Part shown: one piece after another, positions 1 through 12,890 of the stretch
Numbering within the stretch: the first letter of the stretch is position 1
Layout: each line of letters starts with the position of its first letter
Assembly (NCBI GenBank): GCA_038087875.1
Contig: CM075990.1
Location: 16,866,001-16,930,000, forward strand
Length of the DNA: 64,000 nt
From: Malacoraja senta
Lineage: Eukaryota
Direction: 5' to 3'
Notes under the pieces: model-generated
Database searches by the model: none
What the model saw: the letters and a program-made list of their open reading frames with translations, nothing else
Told to the model about the DNA's origin: nothing
Program-made: the position numbers and the translations under genes

Positions 1-734
1 ATTCAACTTGCTTTTACCAAGATATGAAGCTGTGGTTTGCTTTCTGAGTTCCATTTGTCACAGTGTGAGGACTGAATTGATTGCTAAAGTAGACAAAGCA
101 CTGTCGGACCTACTCAGTCACCAGTTCACGTGGTGCCATTAGACATTCCGATCAATGAGAAACTCCAAGTGAAATTCATTTTGTTCCAAGCCATACAGCA
201 CAAAACAGGCCCTTCGGCCCAACTTGTCCATGCCGACCAAGATGCCCCATCTTCACTCGGCTCACCTGCCCATGTTTGGCCCATATCCCGCTAAACCTTT
301 CCTATCCATTTTCCTGTCAAAATGACTTATAAATGTTGTTGTAGCACCTGACTGAACTATCTCCCCTGGCAGCGAGTTCTACTTTCTGTGTGCAAAAGTT
401 ACCCCGCAAGTTCCAATAAAATTAATTTCCCTCTCAAACCTGTGTCTTCTCGTTCTTGACCACCCCCACCCCTCCCCTCCCCCTCCCCACTCTGGGTAAT
501 AAACATTGTGCACTCATCCTAATCTATCCCCTCCACAGATGCTGCCTGTCCCGCTGAGTTACTCCAGCTTTTTGTGTCTACCTGTGATTTTATGCACTCC
601 TCCTATAAGAAGATCACCTCCATAGCGGAGGCTCTCATAACTCCCTCAGCCTTCTCTCTCCTTCACCTGAATGGTCCACAGTCTGACCAATGTTGGGGTC
701 TGCACCAGTTTAAAATAATACTTCTCCTTCACAG

Positions 735-783
735 GGATCCACAGAGAGTTCCAACGCCACTACTGAAGACGAGGAAGGGAAGG
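735..783 (+). CDS. CAMK2G: CaMKII gamma linker exon (49 nt), GSTESSNATTEDEEGK(G)
   Basis: cttctccttcacag acceptor and gtaagt donor. The peptide resembles the CaMKII GSTESCNTTTEDEDLK linker exon, and its phase-1 end joins exon 22765 in frame. Confidence 0.9.
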
Positions 784-974
784 GTAAGTCGTTATTTACT
801 CTAGCCTAAGATGTTAATTATACCCTCTGTGCGATACAACCTTGTAACAAACCAAAGCTGGTCATTGTTCTTTTCTCGCGCTGTTCTTGATTAATCAGGT
901 TGCACAATGCGGGACTTTTTATCTGAATTTAATGCTGTCATGTAATCAAAGTTTAAATAGATATATAAAAAAAC

Positions 975-1258
975 TAAAAGAAGGTAGATGAAAATGCTGG
1001 AGAAACTCAGCGGGTGAGGCAGCATCTATGGGGCGAAGGAATAGGCAATGTTTCGGGTCAATGAGAAACTCCAAGTGAAATCCATTTTGTTCCAAGCCAC
1101 ACAGCACAAAACAGGCCCTTCGGCCCAACTTGTCCATGCCGACCAAGATGCCCCATCTTCACTCGCCTCGACTCCATAGATGCAGCCTCACCCGCTGAGT
1201 TTCTCCAGCATTTTTGTCTACCTTTGATTTTTCCAGCATCTGCAGTTCCTTCTTAAAC
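975..1258. mobile_element. Penelope-derived hairpin mini-element with captured local DNA in the loop
   Basis: Inverted arms (aaaatgctggagaaactcagcgggtgaggcagcatctatgg and its reverse complement); 12-bp TSD ATATAAAAAAAC at 963-974 and 1259-1270. Confidence 0.75.
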
Positions 1259-3185
1259 ATATAAAAAAACGAATGTGTTTTTAACTTGCTGACTTGCAGT
1301 GGGTGGCAGGTTTAAACTTAGTTAGCCTGGTGTTTCTGAGAAGGTGGTTACCTTTCCTCGGCATCTGATGGTTGCCTCTGCAACGCTAGAGGTCGCCGGA
1401 GGCCTGATGGATGTCTTTAAAAGTATGAGAGGTATCGATAGGGTAGACAGTCCGAGCCTTTATCCCCAGGATTGAAATATCAAAGACTAGAGGGCACAGC
1501 TTCATGATGAGAGTGGCAACGTTTAAGGGGGATTAAGGGGTAAGCCATGTTTTATTATTATTAATGTTTAATGCTTTATGTATCATTCTTAACTGTCACT
1601 GTATGTCATGTTGTCACTTGCGGGCGGAGCACCAAGGCAAATTCCTTGTATGTGAATACTTGGCCAATAAACTTATTCATTCATTTAGAACGGAGACGAG
1701 GAAACACGTTTTCACCCAGAGAGTTGTGAATCTGTGGAATTCTCTGCCTCGGAGGGCAGTGGAGGCCAATTCTCTAGATGCTTTCAAGAGAGAGTTAGAT
1801 AGAGCTCTTAAAGATAGCGGTCAAGGGATATGGGGAGAAGGCAGGAACGGGGTACTGATTGTGGATGATCACAGTGAATGGCAGTGCTGGCTCGAAGGGC
1901 TGAATGGCCTACTCCTGCACCTATTGTCTATTGAGATGTGCAGGGCAAGGTTTTTACACAGAGGGTGGTGGGTGTCAGGAACGTGCTGCGGGGGGGTGGT
2001 GGTGGAGGCAGATATGATTGTTCCATTTAAGAGACTTTTGGATAGGCGCATGGATATGCTGGGAATGGAGGGATATGGATTATGCACAGGACTAGGAGAG
2101 TTGGTCGTGGCATCATGCTCAGCACAGATCATGTGGGCTGAAGGGCCAGTTTGTGTATCGTACTGTCTGATGCTCCAATGATGAATTACTGCAGCAGACC
2201 AGAACCCCTGCTGTTTTGTAAACTATACAAGCTCTGTGATATTCTTTGATGAAATCTGTATCCATGCAACTGTGCTTCTCCACACCCACGCTGTCTCTCT
2301 CTTGTTTGCTGTCTGCTCCCTTCATTTTGCTTCTAATTATTCTGGGCTTAGTTAGATGTTGCCTGCATTTTGGGAGTAGGTTTAGTGATAAACAATACTG
2401 TTTAAGCTCGATGTGTGTGTGTGTGTAGGCTGCAGCCCTGTTACTCCCTGCAATGGTGGCCACTCGCTACCTCGAACAGTGATAGAGGTGTGCGTGCTGT
2501 GGGGAAACACACCAAAACTGAATTAGAATCACAGGGTCTCACCGGGTGGAAACAGGCCCTTTGGCCCAACTTGCCCACACCAGCCAACATGTCCAGTCCG
2601 AAGAAGGGTCACGACCCAAAAGTCACCCATTCCTTCTATTCCCGTCCTGCTGAGTTATCCAGCTTTTAGCGTCTATCTTCCGTGTAAACCAGCATCTGCA
2701 CTTCCTTCCTACACATGTCCCATCTGCACTAGTCCCACCTGCCTGCATTTTGCCCATATCCTTCTAAACCTGACCTATCCATGTACCTGTCTAAATGTTT
2801 CTTAAACGGTCCTTAGATACTGCTAGCACCTAAATTGAGATACTTCACAACAAAGGACTGACTGTGTGGTCAAGTTATGGAGCTGTACAACACAGAAACA
2901 GGCCATTCGGCCCACCTTGTACAGGGTGTTATTGTATTGTATTGTACAGGGTAATCGCTGGTCGGCATGGACTCGGTGGGCCGAAGGGCCTGTTTCCACG
3001 TTGTATCTCTAAAGTCTAACGTTTGAATACGGGCAGAGTGGTTTCCGGTCCTGTCTCTGTGTGTTTGGGCTGTTTGTCAGGTCCCCGTTCCAATTTACTG
3101 CATTTTGAGTGTATTCATGGAACACTGAAAACCCAGTTTTAGTCTCCTCTTGAGCACACAAGCAGACAGCAGTACCCCTGTGTAA

Positions 3186-3356
3186 TGGGCCTGTCCCACT
3201 TAGGTCACCAATTAGGCGACTAGTTTTAATGGAATTCACCTACGACATCTGGCAACAACCTACTACAGCAAAAATTGTCACCACTGTCGCCAAAAAATGT
3301 TCAACATCCAGTCGCCTGTAGTCGCACAAAAAAATCACCTAAGTGGGACAGGCCCA
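3186..3356. mobile_element. PIF/Harbinger-type MITE
   Basis: TIR TGGGCCTGTCCCACTTAGGT and its reverse complement; TAA on both flanks. Confidence 0.8.
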
Positions 3357-4262
3357 TAACACTGAAAGATCGTGTTCATCACCAAGACAATGCTCAGAGA
3401 GGCACAAACACTTGACAGCATGCGTCAAACCCAGACCTCTAATGACTGAGAGTAATCAATTCTCTCCACTTCAAAAAAAATTGAGGCTGCTGATTAAATT
3501 AAGGAAGTAAATCAAACTAACCTTTCGATGAAAGAATCAGTCTGATGTTTCCAACTTGGCCTCAAAGTCAAACAATGTAGGAATAACATAGTGGAGAGAA
3601 AATCCATTATCCACCAGTAATGTTCATTGTGTCTAAGTGTCGGATCTACAAGATAACATAATGTAACTCTGCCATATGCAAATAAGACCACTTAGCATCG
3701 TGGCCCCACCTGACAATGTTGCACTGGAGACGTCTATAATGGCCACTCATTGTGGGTGGACTACGTTGAATTGATTGTAGATTGGATGACGACCAAAACA
3801 AGAAGTTCTATTGTAAATTGAGAAGGCTCCCTGATCTGAAAGCAACATTGGATAGAACAGAAGGTAGACACAAAATGCTGGAGTAACTCAGCGGGTGAGG
3901 CAGCATCTATGGAGAGAAGGAATGGGCGACGTTTCGGGTCGAGACCCTTCTCCTGTGGTTCTACCAAGAGCACACCCAGAACTGTGGAAACCTTTTTCAT
4001 AGTTGCTTCACCTTGGAGAGCTAGTCTGTTTCCTTGCATTTGACCTGATATTTGAAGGAAAAAATCGTGAGGAAACAGATATTTGCAGTGGTAGATATCA
4101 GCATGGAAACATGGTGTTTGGCCCATATCTCTCTAAATCTTCCCTATCCATATACCTGTTTAAGAAGGAACTGCAGATGCTGGAAAATCGAAGGTAGACA
4201 AAAATGCTGGAGAAACTCAGCGGGTGCAGCAGCATCTATGGAGCGAAGGAAATAGGCAACGT

Positions 4263-4290
4263 CTGAAGAAGGGTTTCGGCCCGAAACGTT
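4263..4290 (+). ncRNA. Minimal hammerhead core inside a Penelope-derived palindrome, sense to the CAMK2G intron
   Basis: CTGAAGAAGGGTTTCGGCCCGAAACGTT, identical to the core at 56739-56766. Confidence 0.65.
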
Positions 4291-5335
4291 GCCTATTTCC
4301 TTCACTCCATAGATGCTGCTGCACCCGCTGAGTTTCTCCAGCATGCGTATGTCTTCTTTTCACTTCTTAAGGTGGAGCTTAGTTTAGTTTGGAGATCCGG
4401 TATGGAAACAGGCACGACAGCCCACTCAATCCTCACCGAATGATCCCATTTACTCTGAATCTTCTCCTTACAATTGTGTTTTGTGCTCATGTTCGTAATG
4501 CTAAGCTTTGCCCCTTTAAACGTAGTTTATCGTAATGTTGCCTCCATGTTCATGCTCAAGAAGCGTCCCATCAAAACGTCGTATAGAGTTTCTCCAGCAC
4601 TTTTGTCTACCTTCGATTTTCCAGCATCTGCAGTTCCTTCTTAAACAGGACATAAGCGTGTCAGATAAGGAGAGGAGAGGAGGAGTGAAATGTGAAGCAG
4701 TCTGCATATCCTTCCTTAAACAAGGAGATTAAAATAACACACAGTACTCCCGGCACATTCTCAACAAAAGCCGCTAACAGTTGCTGCAGCACTTGCACCC
4801 TCTGGCCAACTTGGATTGCTTGCCTGTCTAATTGTTTGGCATGTCTTCACTTCTGCTGTGCTTTGGTTATTTGCCTGAAGCTCGGATTACTCAGCAGGTG
4901 TTGAAATTGCTTTGGATTTTTACCCTGTGGCACAGTCAACAGAAGCCAAAAGATGCAAGAACAGTGAGGTAGCAATTAGATGCAATTTACACACCAGATG
5001 GCTGGAGCCAGTCTCACTTGAATGCAGTGACCATGAACACGTGAATTCATGAAGTCATGTCAGAAATCTCAACGCTCAAATTCAGGAACTGGTCTGAGAA
5101 CATTGAATTCTCCAATTTTAGGTAACGGACCTATTGCCTCCCTGTCCCCTGGACTCACATCCATTTCCTCTCCTCTCCCTCCTCCCCTTCCCTCTACATT
5201 CCGACCTCTGGCTTCACAGTTCACAACTCTTCAATCCTTTCTCTCACACCTTGAAGATAAAATTCAAATCGTCTGTAGAAAATCCAGTGGCCTGGATTAG
5301 TGGATTTGAGATATGCCCAGTCAGCTATGGAATAG

Positions 5336-5995
5336 AGTCATAGAGTGATGCAGTGTAGAAACAGGCCCTTCGGCCCAACTTTCCCACGCCGACCAACATG
5401 TCCCAGCCACACTAGTCCCACCTGCCGCGTTTGGTCCATATCCCTCCAAACCTGCCCTATCCATGTACCTGTCTTAACTGTTTCTTAAATGTTGGTATGG
5501 TCCCAGCCTCAACTACCTCCTCTGGCAGCTTGTTCCATACACCCACCACCCTCTGTGTGAAAAAGTTACCCCTCTGATTCCTATAAAATCTTTTCCCCTT
5601 CATCTTAAACCTATGTCCTCTGGTCCTTGATACACCTACTCTGGGCAAGAGACACCGTGTGTCTATCCAATCTATTCCTCTCGTGATTTTATACACCTCT
5701 ATAAGATCACCCCTCATCCTCCTGCACTCCAATGAATAGAGACCCAGCCTACTCAACCTCTCCCTATAGCTCTCACCCTTTGGTCCTGGCAACATCCTCG
5801 TAAATCTTCTCTGAATATTTTCCAGCTTGACAACATCTCTCCTATAACATGGTGCCCAGAACTGAACACAATACTCTAAATGCGGTCTCACCAATGTCTT
5901 ATACAACTGCAACATGACCTCCTAACTTCTATACTCAATACTATGACTGATGAAGGACAATGTACCAAAAACCTTATCTACCCGCGACTCGACCT
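5336..5995 (-). mobile_element. CR1/HER1-like LINE 3' fragment
   Basis: ORF 5457-5915 LYKTLVRPHLEYCVQFW...RGDLIEVYKI...FFTQRVVGVWN followed by the 3' UTR hairpin and tail. Confidence 0.9.
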
Positions 5996-8214
5996 TCATG
6001 GAAATATTGACTAATATCTGTAATAATGATATTAAAGCCTTCAAGTTCCTATGAAAACCCACATAGTTCACTGCTCGCGGTGCAAGTACAGACATGCACC
6101 ACTGTAATTGGTTTTCACTATGAATTGGCCGAGCAATCCCACACTGTACTCAAACCAAGATAAGAGTCAAGAGAGTTTAATTGACATTTGTACCGACAAT
6201 GGAACAATGGAATTCTTACTTGCAGCAGCATAACACGCCAGTAAACTCAGTAACACACAGATAATATATTATAAACAAAAAAAACAATAAACTAATCACC
6301 ACCATACAACTGTACTTCATGGAGCAACAAACATACACGTTCAGAGTTGAGGTTAGTGTTGTCTAATGTTCAAGAGCCAAGTGGTTGCTGGGAAGAAGTT
6401 TCAGGTTGGGACGGTGACCCAGCGGTAGAGTTGCTGCCTTACAGCGCTTGCAGCACCAGAGACCCGGCTTTGATCCCGACTACGGGTGCTGTCTGTGCGG
6501 AGTTTGTACGTTCTCCCCGTGACCGTGTGGGTTTTCTCCGAGATCTTCGGTTTCCCCCCACACTCCAAAGACGTACAGGTTTGTTGGTAAATTGGCTTGG
6601 TATAAGTGTAAGTTGTCCTAGTGTGTGTAGGGTAGTGTTAATGTGCGGGGATCGCTGGTCGGCGCGGACCCGGTGGGCCAAAGGGCCTGTTTCCGCGCTG
6701 TCTCTCTAAAAACTAAAAAAAAAGCAGTTCTTGAATGTGGTCGTCACAGTTTCAGACTCCTGTTCCTTCTTCCTGACGGTGGGAGTGAAATGAGAGCGTG
6801 GCCATGGCAGAGGGTCCTTGATGACATTGGTGTAGGTTTATTATTGTCGCGTTTACCAAGAAACAGTGAAAGGTTTTGTTTTGCTTGCTATCCAAACAGA
6901 TAATACTAGATATATATAAAATGAAACCAAACATAAGATGACATAGGTAGAGCAAAAGGGAAGATACAGAGTGAATAGGAAGGAACTGCAGATGCTGGTT
7001 TACACCGAAGATGGACACAAAATGCCGGAGTAACTCAGCAGGACAGGCAGCATCTCAAGAGAAAAGGAATGGGTAATGTTGAGTTGAGACCCTTCTTCAG
7101 AGCCAGACTGCAGGGTAACGTAGCGCATTAGTTCCAGAGTTTCATTAACTTTTTACAAATAAGGTTGGGATGGGTATTTTAGAGGTTACTTTTATTGTAT
7201 CTGGGGGCAGCACAGTGATGCAGCTGTTGCCTCACAATGCCAGACCCAGATTTGATCCTGACCCCGATCGGGTGCTGTCTGTGTGGAGTTTGCACGTTCT
7301 CTCTATGACCAGGTAGGTTTCTTCTGGGTGCTGCGGTTTCCTCCCACGTCCCAAAGACGTGCGGGTTTGTAGGTTAATCGGCCCACTGTAAATTGCCCCC
7401 TAGTGTGTAGGGAGTGGATGAGAAAGTGAGATAGCATAGAACTAGTGTGAACGGGTGATTGATGGTCGGTGTGTGACTCGATGGGCCGAAGGGCCTGTTT
7501 CAATTCTGTATCTAAATGGAAAAGAACCTGACTTGGAAATATATCACTCTTCCTTCATTGTCTCTGGCCCAAAGACATGCAGGTTTGCAGGTTAATTAGC
7601 CTCTGTGTATATATGTATGTAGGCAGTGGATGAGACAGTAGGGTAATGTGGGATAACATAGAAGTAATGTGAACTGGTAGACACAAAGTGCTGGAGTAAC
7701 TCAGCCGCTCAGCCAGCGTCTCTGAAGAAAAGGAACAGGTGACGTTCCGGGTTGAGAGCTTTCCTCTGACTGTGCGATCCGACCAGACTTGAGTGGATGA
7801 GAATGTGGGATCATCTCGAACCAGCGTGAATGGGTGATTGATGGTCAACTCGGTGGGCCGAAGGATCTGTTTCCATGCTGTATCTTTCATCAGTGAAAGG
7901 AATAATGAGGGTTTAGATTCCATTCCATCTTGAGTTGAGTTCCCACTGCCTCATTACTGATACCCAGAGACAATCACTTACACTAACGTCATAACCCGCC
8001 TGTGTGAATCTCTGGTAATCTTTGTAAACAAAACCTCTTTTGTCTTGGTTGTTATTCTAATTTAATGGACATTCAATCTCATCGCCTCAAACGTGAAACT
8101 ACACATTGTTTTTTTGACCCCACACCCCGCTCTCGTGTACATGGAGATAAATGTTTTGTGCCATTTTATGTGTGTGTTTTGTGTCTTCACCATGTCGCTG
8201 TCCATGCCTGGCAG

Positions 8215-8319
8215 TGTCGCCCCTTGATGCTGGCGTCGACTGTGTGGCACAGGGTCAGGCAGCTGCTGTGGACCTGTCAGAGTCGGCTGATGTTGACCAC
8301 AGCCCCGCGGTGACACCCT
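8215..8319 (+). CDS. CAMK2G: Candidate alternative CAMK2G cassette exon (105 nt, phase 1-1), (V)SPLDAGVDCVAQGQAAAVDLSESADVDHSPAVTP
   Basis: ctggcag acceptor after a UG/pyrimidine-rich tract, gtaagt donor at 8320, length divisible by 3, open in the required frame, lies in unique sequence. Confidence 0.6.
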
Positions 8320-11300
8320 GTAAGTCAGCGGCGACCATTGATCGCTGCCGTCCTGTGTGCTGTGTGACCACTGTGTGTGCAGTATCTGTCCGTGCATGGA
8401 AGGGCGAACCACACTCAGTATGTGCCTCGCGTTCAGTAGCGGAATATGGACGGGCTTTCTCATGCCGCAGGGCCGTTGCCTCTCTGACACCAGCATTGCT
8501 GTGCAGGAGGTTTGTGTGTGCGTTCACTGTCAGCTGGCACGATGGAACGATACATTTGATCCTTAATTTCCTCACCAGCATACCACAATCAGAACAAATT
8601 GGCAACAACACCTCCTCCCTGGTCTAGGACCAGAGGTCACAGCCTCAGAATTAAAGGGCGCTCTTTTAGAAAGGAGGTGAGGAGGAACCTCTTTAGTCAG
8701 ATGGTGGTTAATCTGTGGAACTCATTGCCACGCAGGGCTGTGGAGGCCAAGTCAGTGGATATTTTTAAAGCAGAGATAGACAAATTCTTGATTAGAACGG
8801 GTGTCAAGGGTTACGGGGAGAAGGCAGGAAATGGGATTAGGAGGGGGAGATAGATCAGCCATGATTGAATGGTGGAGTAGAATCGATGGGCTGAATGGCC
8901 TAATTCTGCTGCTATAACTTGTGAACACCTCGTTGACCAACAATATAGCATCACAAGGCTGCCTGCTCTGTCCCCTGCTCCACTCACTCTATACATGACT
9001 GTATTCTCTGGTGGCCTTTCAATAGAGAAGCACTGATTGGGTCCTCTGTGTGTGGGCTAAGGCATCACCGTCCCTACGGCAATGATACAGTGACTGGGAG
9101 AAACACATTACACTCTAGTTCCATTTAACGTATGTGTTTCCTTACAGTCCCACGCTTTGATCAGACTTTACTGGCTTTACCTTGCAATGAACGTTATTCC
9201 CTTACACTGTGAACGGCTCGATTGTAATCATGTCTTGTCTTTCCGCTGGCTGGTTAGCATGCAACTAAAGCTTTCCATTCTACTTCGGTACATGTGACAA
9301 TAAACTAAACTAAAACTCCGGTAAATATTTCACACACACAACTGTCAGCTCAGAAGACTTACCTCCTGTTTGACCCCCATGGCAATGCTCTTTGTGGCCT
9401 ATTTTGATATCATCTACACCTTGCAGATTCTACTGATATCATTGTGCAACCTCTACCTTGATTAGTAGCCATCACGGAGACTCAACATGCTTGGCCCCCT
9501 TCCAATCCAAGTAGTTGCTTCTCATCGACCCAGTTAAGTTGACCTGACTTTATTGTCACCTCTACTGAGGTACAGTGCAAAGCTTTTATAACCTGCTATC
9601 CAGTCAGCGGAAAGGCAATCCATGATTACAATCAAGCCATTTCCAGTGTATAGATACATGATAAATGGGGTAATGTAAATAATACTTAGTGCAAGATAAA
9701 GTCTGATCAAAGATAGTCCAAGAGTCCAAACCTGATCATTTACCTCGCATATTACGGTTGGTTCTATGCTTCAACTGGTTAGGAACAAACCTAAAGTTGA
9801 GTCGAGGGCCCTGGCTGAAGTCCTGAACCAGGGATGACGGCCTCAGAACAAGGGGACAGGGCTCTGGGTGCTCTGGTTTCCACCCACGTTTCAAAGACGT
9901 GCAGGTTAATTGACTCTGTAAATTGTCCCCAGTGTGTAAGAGAGAACTAGTGTACAGGGTGATTGTTGGTTGGCCATGACCCGGCGGGCTGAGTGGCCGT
10001 TTCCACACCGTATCACTAAACTAAACCAATAAGGGGGCAGGGCTGAGGTGAGAAGAAATGTCGACATTCTTTGGAATTTTCTTAGGAATGCCGCAGCTGG
10101 TAGAGCTGTTGCCTCACAGCACCAGAGACCCAAGTTCCATATTGTCCTTGGGTACTATCTGTCTGTGTGGAGTTTGCATGTGCTCCCTGTGGCCGCACGG
10201 ATTTCCCCCAGCAGCTCCAGTTTCCTCCCACATCCCAAAGACGTGCGGGTTTTGTAGGAAAGTTGGCCTCTGGATAAATTGCCCATTGTGCGTAGAGAGT
10301 GGAATAACAAAGAACTAGAGAAGATGGTCAGCATGGACCCGGTGGGCCGAAGGGCCTGTTTCCATGCTGTATCTCTAAACTAAACTAATCCATCTTCCCC
10401 CTATGTCTATGGAGGCTTGGTCATTGAGTTCATCCTATAGAGTTCTGGATATTGGTAGAATGGGCAGAGACATTGAGCTGAGGAGGAAGATGGTGATGAG
10501 CAGGCTTGAAGCTACTAAACCATCTCCTCCTAATACCATATATTCTTGTTTTAACAATACGGACTGCTTTTACTTGGCCTTCCTGTTGGTAATGTTGTCA
10601 AAATCCCCTGACAACAGTAATCCACAAATTTCCTTGCCTGTTTTTGTGCCGAATGAATCCAAATATCATTTGGCGGAGAGAACTGGACTCCTCAATGGGC
10701 AAAGAACAGGAGAGAGGCCGTGTAGGAAGGAACTGCAGATGCTGGTTTACACCAAAGATAGACACAAAATGCTGGAGTAACTCCGCGGGCCAGGCAGCAT
10801 CTCTGGAGAACAGGAGAGAGACCAACTGGTTTGTTGCATTGGCTAACCCAATATTGAAGGGCTGAATAGCCTTCTTTCTAAACTTTAACATCCTATGGAT
10901 ATCTTCTGGACTCTACAGTGAAATCAAGATCATTCCACTGCTTGGAAATAGCAGCGGCTAGCTATGAAAATATCTATTCAATTCAGAGAGCAAACTCTAG
11001 ATTGCCTCCCCTGCCAGTTTATCTTGTTCAGAGATACATATGCATCATGCGTCTAATCAGGGCATCATAAATATTCAGTTCCAAGAGCAGTTGTAACAAT
11101 GGGAAACAGTGATTCATATTTTGAATGGAAAGCAATTTAGAAACATACTCATTATTAACGTGCTTACAGCTGATTTTCCGCCCATACAAATAACATGATC
11201 CAAAGGCAAGGTTTATGATCATTAATCATCGATTTAAGTATGAAAGCTGTTTTCTTCTGTCAGCTCTCAGTTGGAATCCTCGAGTTTTCTTGCACAAGTG

Positions 11301-11506
11301 GAAGATATCCAAAACTCTTCATTGTTGCAATGTTATTTGTGGGAGCTGGCCCTGCTGAAACACAGTCACACTTTAGGCCAAGTTGCTACTTTTCAAAAGA
11401 GGCACTTAATTGTCTGAATGAGAGGGCATGAACTAAGAGGGGTTGGACAAACTTGGATTGTTTTCTCTGGATCATCAGAGGTTGAGAAGAGACCTGATAG
11501 AAGTAA

Positions 11507-11746
11507 TGGGCCTGTCCCACTTACGCGATTTTTTCGGTGACTTGCCGGCACCCGTCATAGTCGCAGCAGGTGGCCGAAAATGTCCAACATGTTGAAAATC
11601 CAGCGTGACCGGAAAAAGCTATGACTCTTTGGGGGACTACTCACGACATGACATGTCGACACATGACGCCTGTATGGTCGTGAGTAGTCGCCCAAAGAGT
11701 CGTGCCTTTTTCTGGTAAGAAAAATCGTGTAAGTGGGACAGGCCCT
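11507..11746. mobile_element. PIF/Harbinger-type MITE
   Basis: TIR GGGCCTGTCCCACTTAC; TAA TSD. Confidence 0.8.
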
Positions 11747-12806
11747 TAAGAGAGAGCCAAGAGTGTTTTATTGTCTTATGTCCCAAAACATGAACAATGA
11801 AATTCTTACTTGCAGCAGCACAACAGATATGTAACCATAGTATTCTGTAAAACCCATAATAAACAAAAAAGTTATTTATATATTGATATATATACACACA
11901 CACACACGTATGTATATATACATATGTATTTTTTTTAATCAAACAGACAAATAAACAATAATATAAATGCCCCCAAGTCTATGGAGTTCAGAGCCTATTT
12001 GGAGGTTGGAGTGTTTAACAGCTTAATGGCTGTAGGGAAGAAGCTGTTCCTGAACCTGGACGTTACAGTTTTCATGCTCCTGTACCTTCTCCCCGATGGC
12101 AGGGGTGAAATGAGAGCGTGGCCAGGGTGGTGTGGGTCTGTAATAATGCTGGCTGCCTTTTTGAGGCAGCGACTCTTGTTGTTGGGGGAAGCCTGTAGAT
12201 TGCCCCTCTTGTGTAGGGAGTGGATGCGAAAGTGGGAGAACATAGAACTAGTGGACTCGGTGGGCTGAAGGGCCTGTTTCCACACTGTATATCTAATCTA
12301 AACGAAAGTAAACTGGAGGTAGACAATAATGCTGGAGAAACTCAGCGGGTGAGGCAGCATCTATGGAGCAAAGGAAATAGGCGATGTTTAATAAACTGGA
12401 GATTCTTGAACTTGGTATCTAGTCCCGAAGGGTGCAATGTGCTTCTACAGACGATGATGTGCGTTTCTCAAGTTTACTTTGGGCCTCAGTTGAACAGTGC
12501 AGGAAGCCACGGATAGGGAGATCTGAGTGGAAGTGAAGTGGTACATAGTCAGGCCAAACACTTCAGTCTATTGATCCCAGCTAAGTAGGAATGTGGGAGC
12601 AAAATTAACAGTGTTCATTTTGGTTGGGTGGTAGGGTGTCTATTGCTGCACTCTCTGTAATATTGCATGGCCTTGCAGTGTTGTGTTGTATTTGCTTAAG
12701 GTCCTTGCTTGTTGTGTGTGTGTTGTGTGTGTTTGTGTGTGTAAATATTATATCCATTTTACGTTTGAATTTCTTTCTCCTCCACCCACTATGTGTGTGC
12801 GCTCAG

Positions 12807-12890
12807 CCCCTGACAGTGTGGAGTTCATATGTGCAGTGGATAATACAGATAATTCAGAGCTGCTGCAGGCTACATCTCCCCCTATGCAGC
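12807..12890 (+). CDS. CAMK2G: Candidate alternative CAMK2G cassette exon (84 nt, phase 1-1), (A)PDSVEFICAVDNTDNSELLQATSPPMQ
   Basis: gctcag acceptor, gtaagt donor at 12891, frame-preserving and stop-free. Upstream are a long UG-rich tract and TGCATG (12664-12669). Confidence 0.6.

Noticed and set aside
110..140. TTCACGT motif resembling ribozyme L3
   Set aside because: No P1/P2 pairings or J4/2 in the required positions.
6405..6490. tRNA-like box A/box B sequences
   Set aside because: They are SINE heads repeated many times, not cloverleaf tRNA genes.
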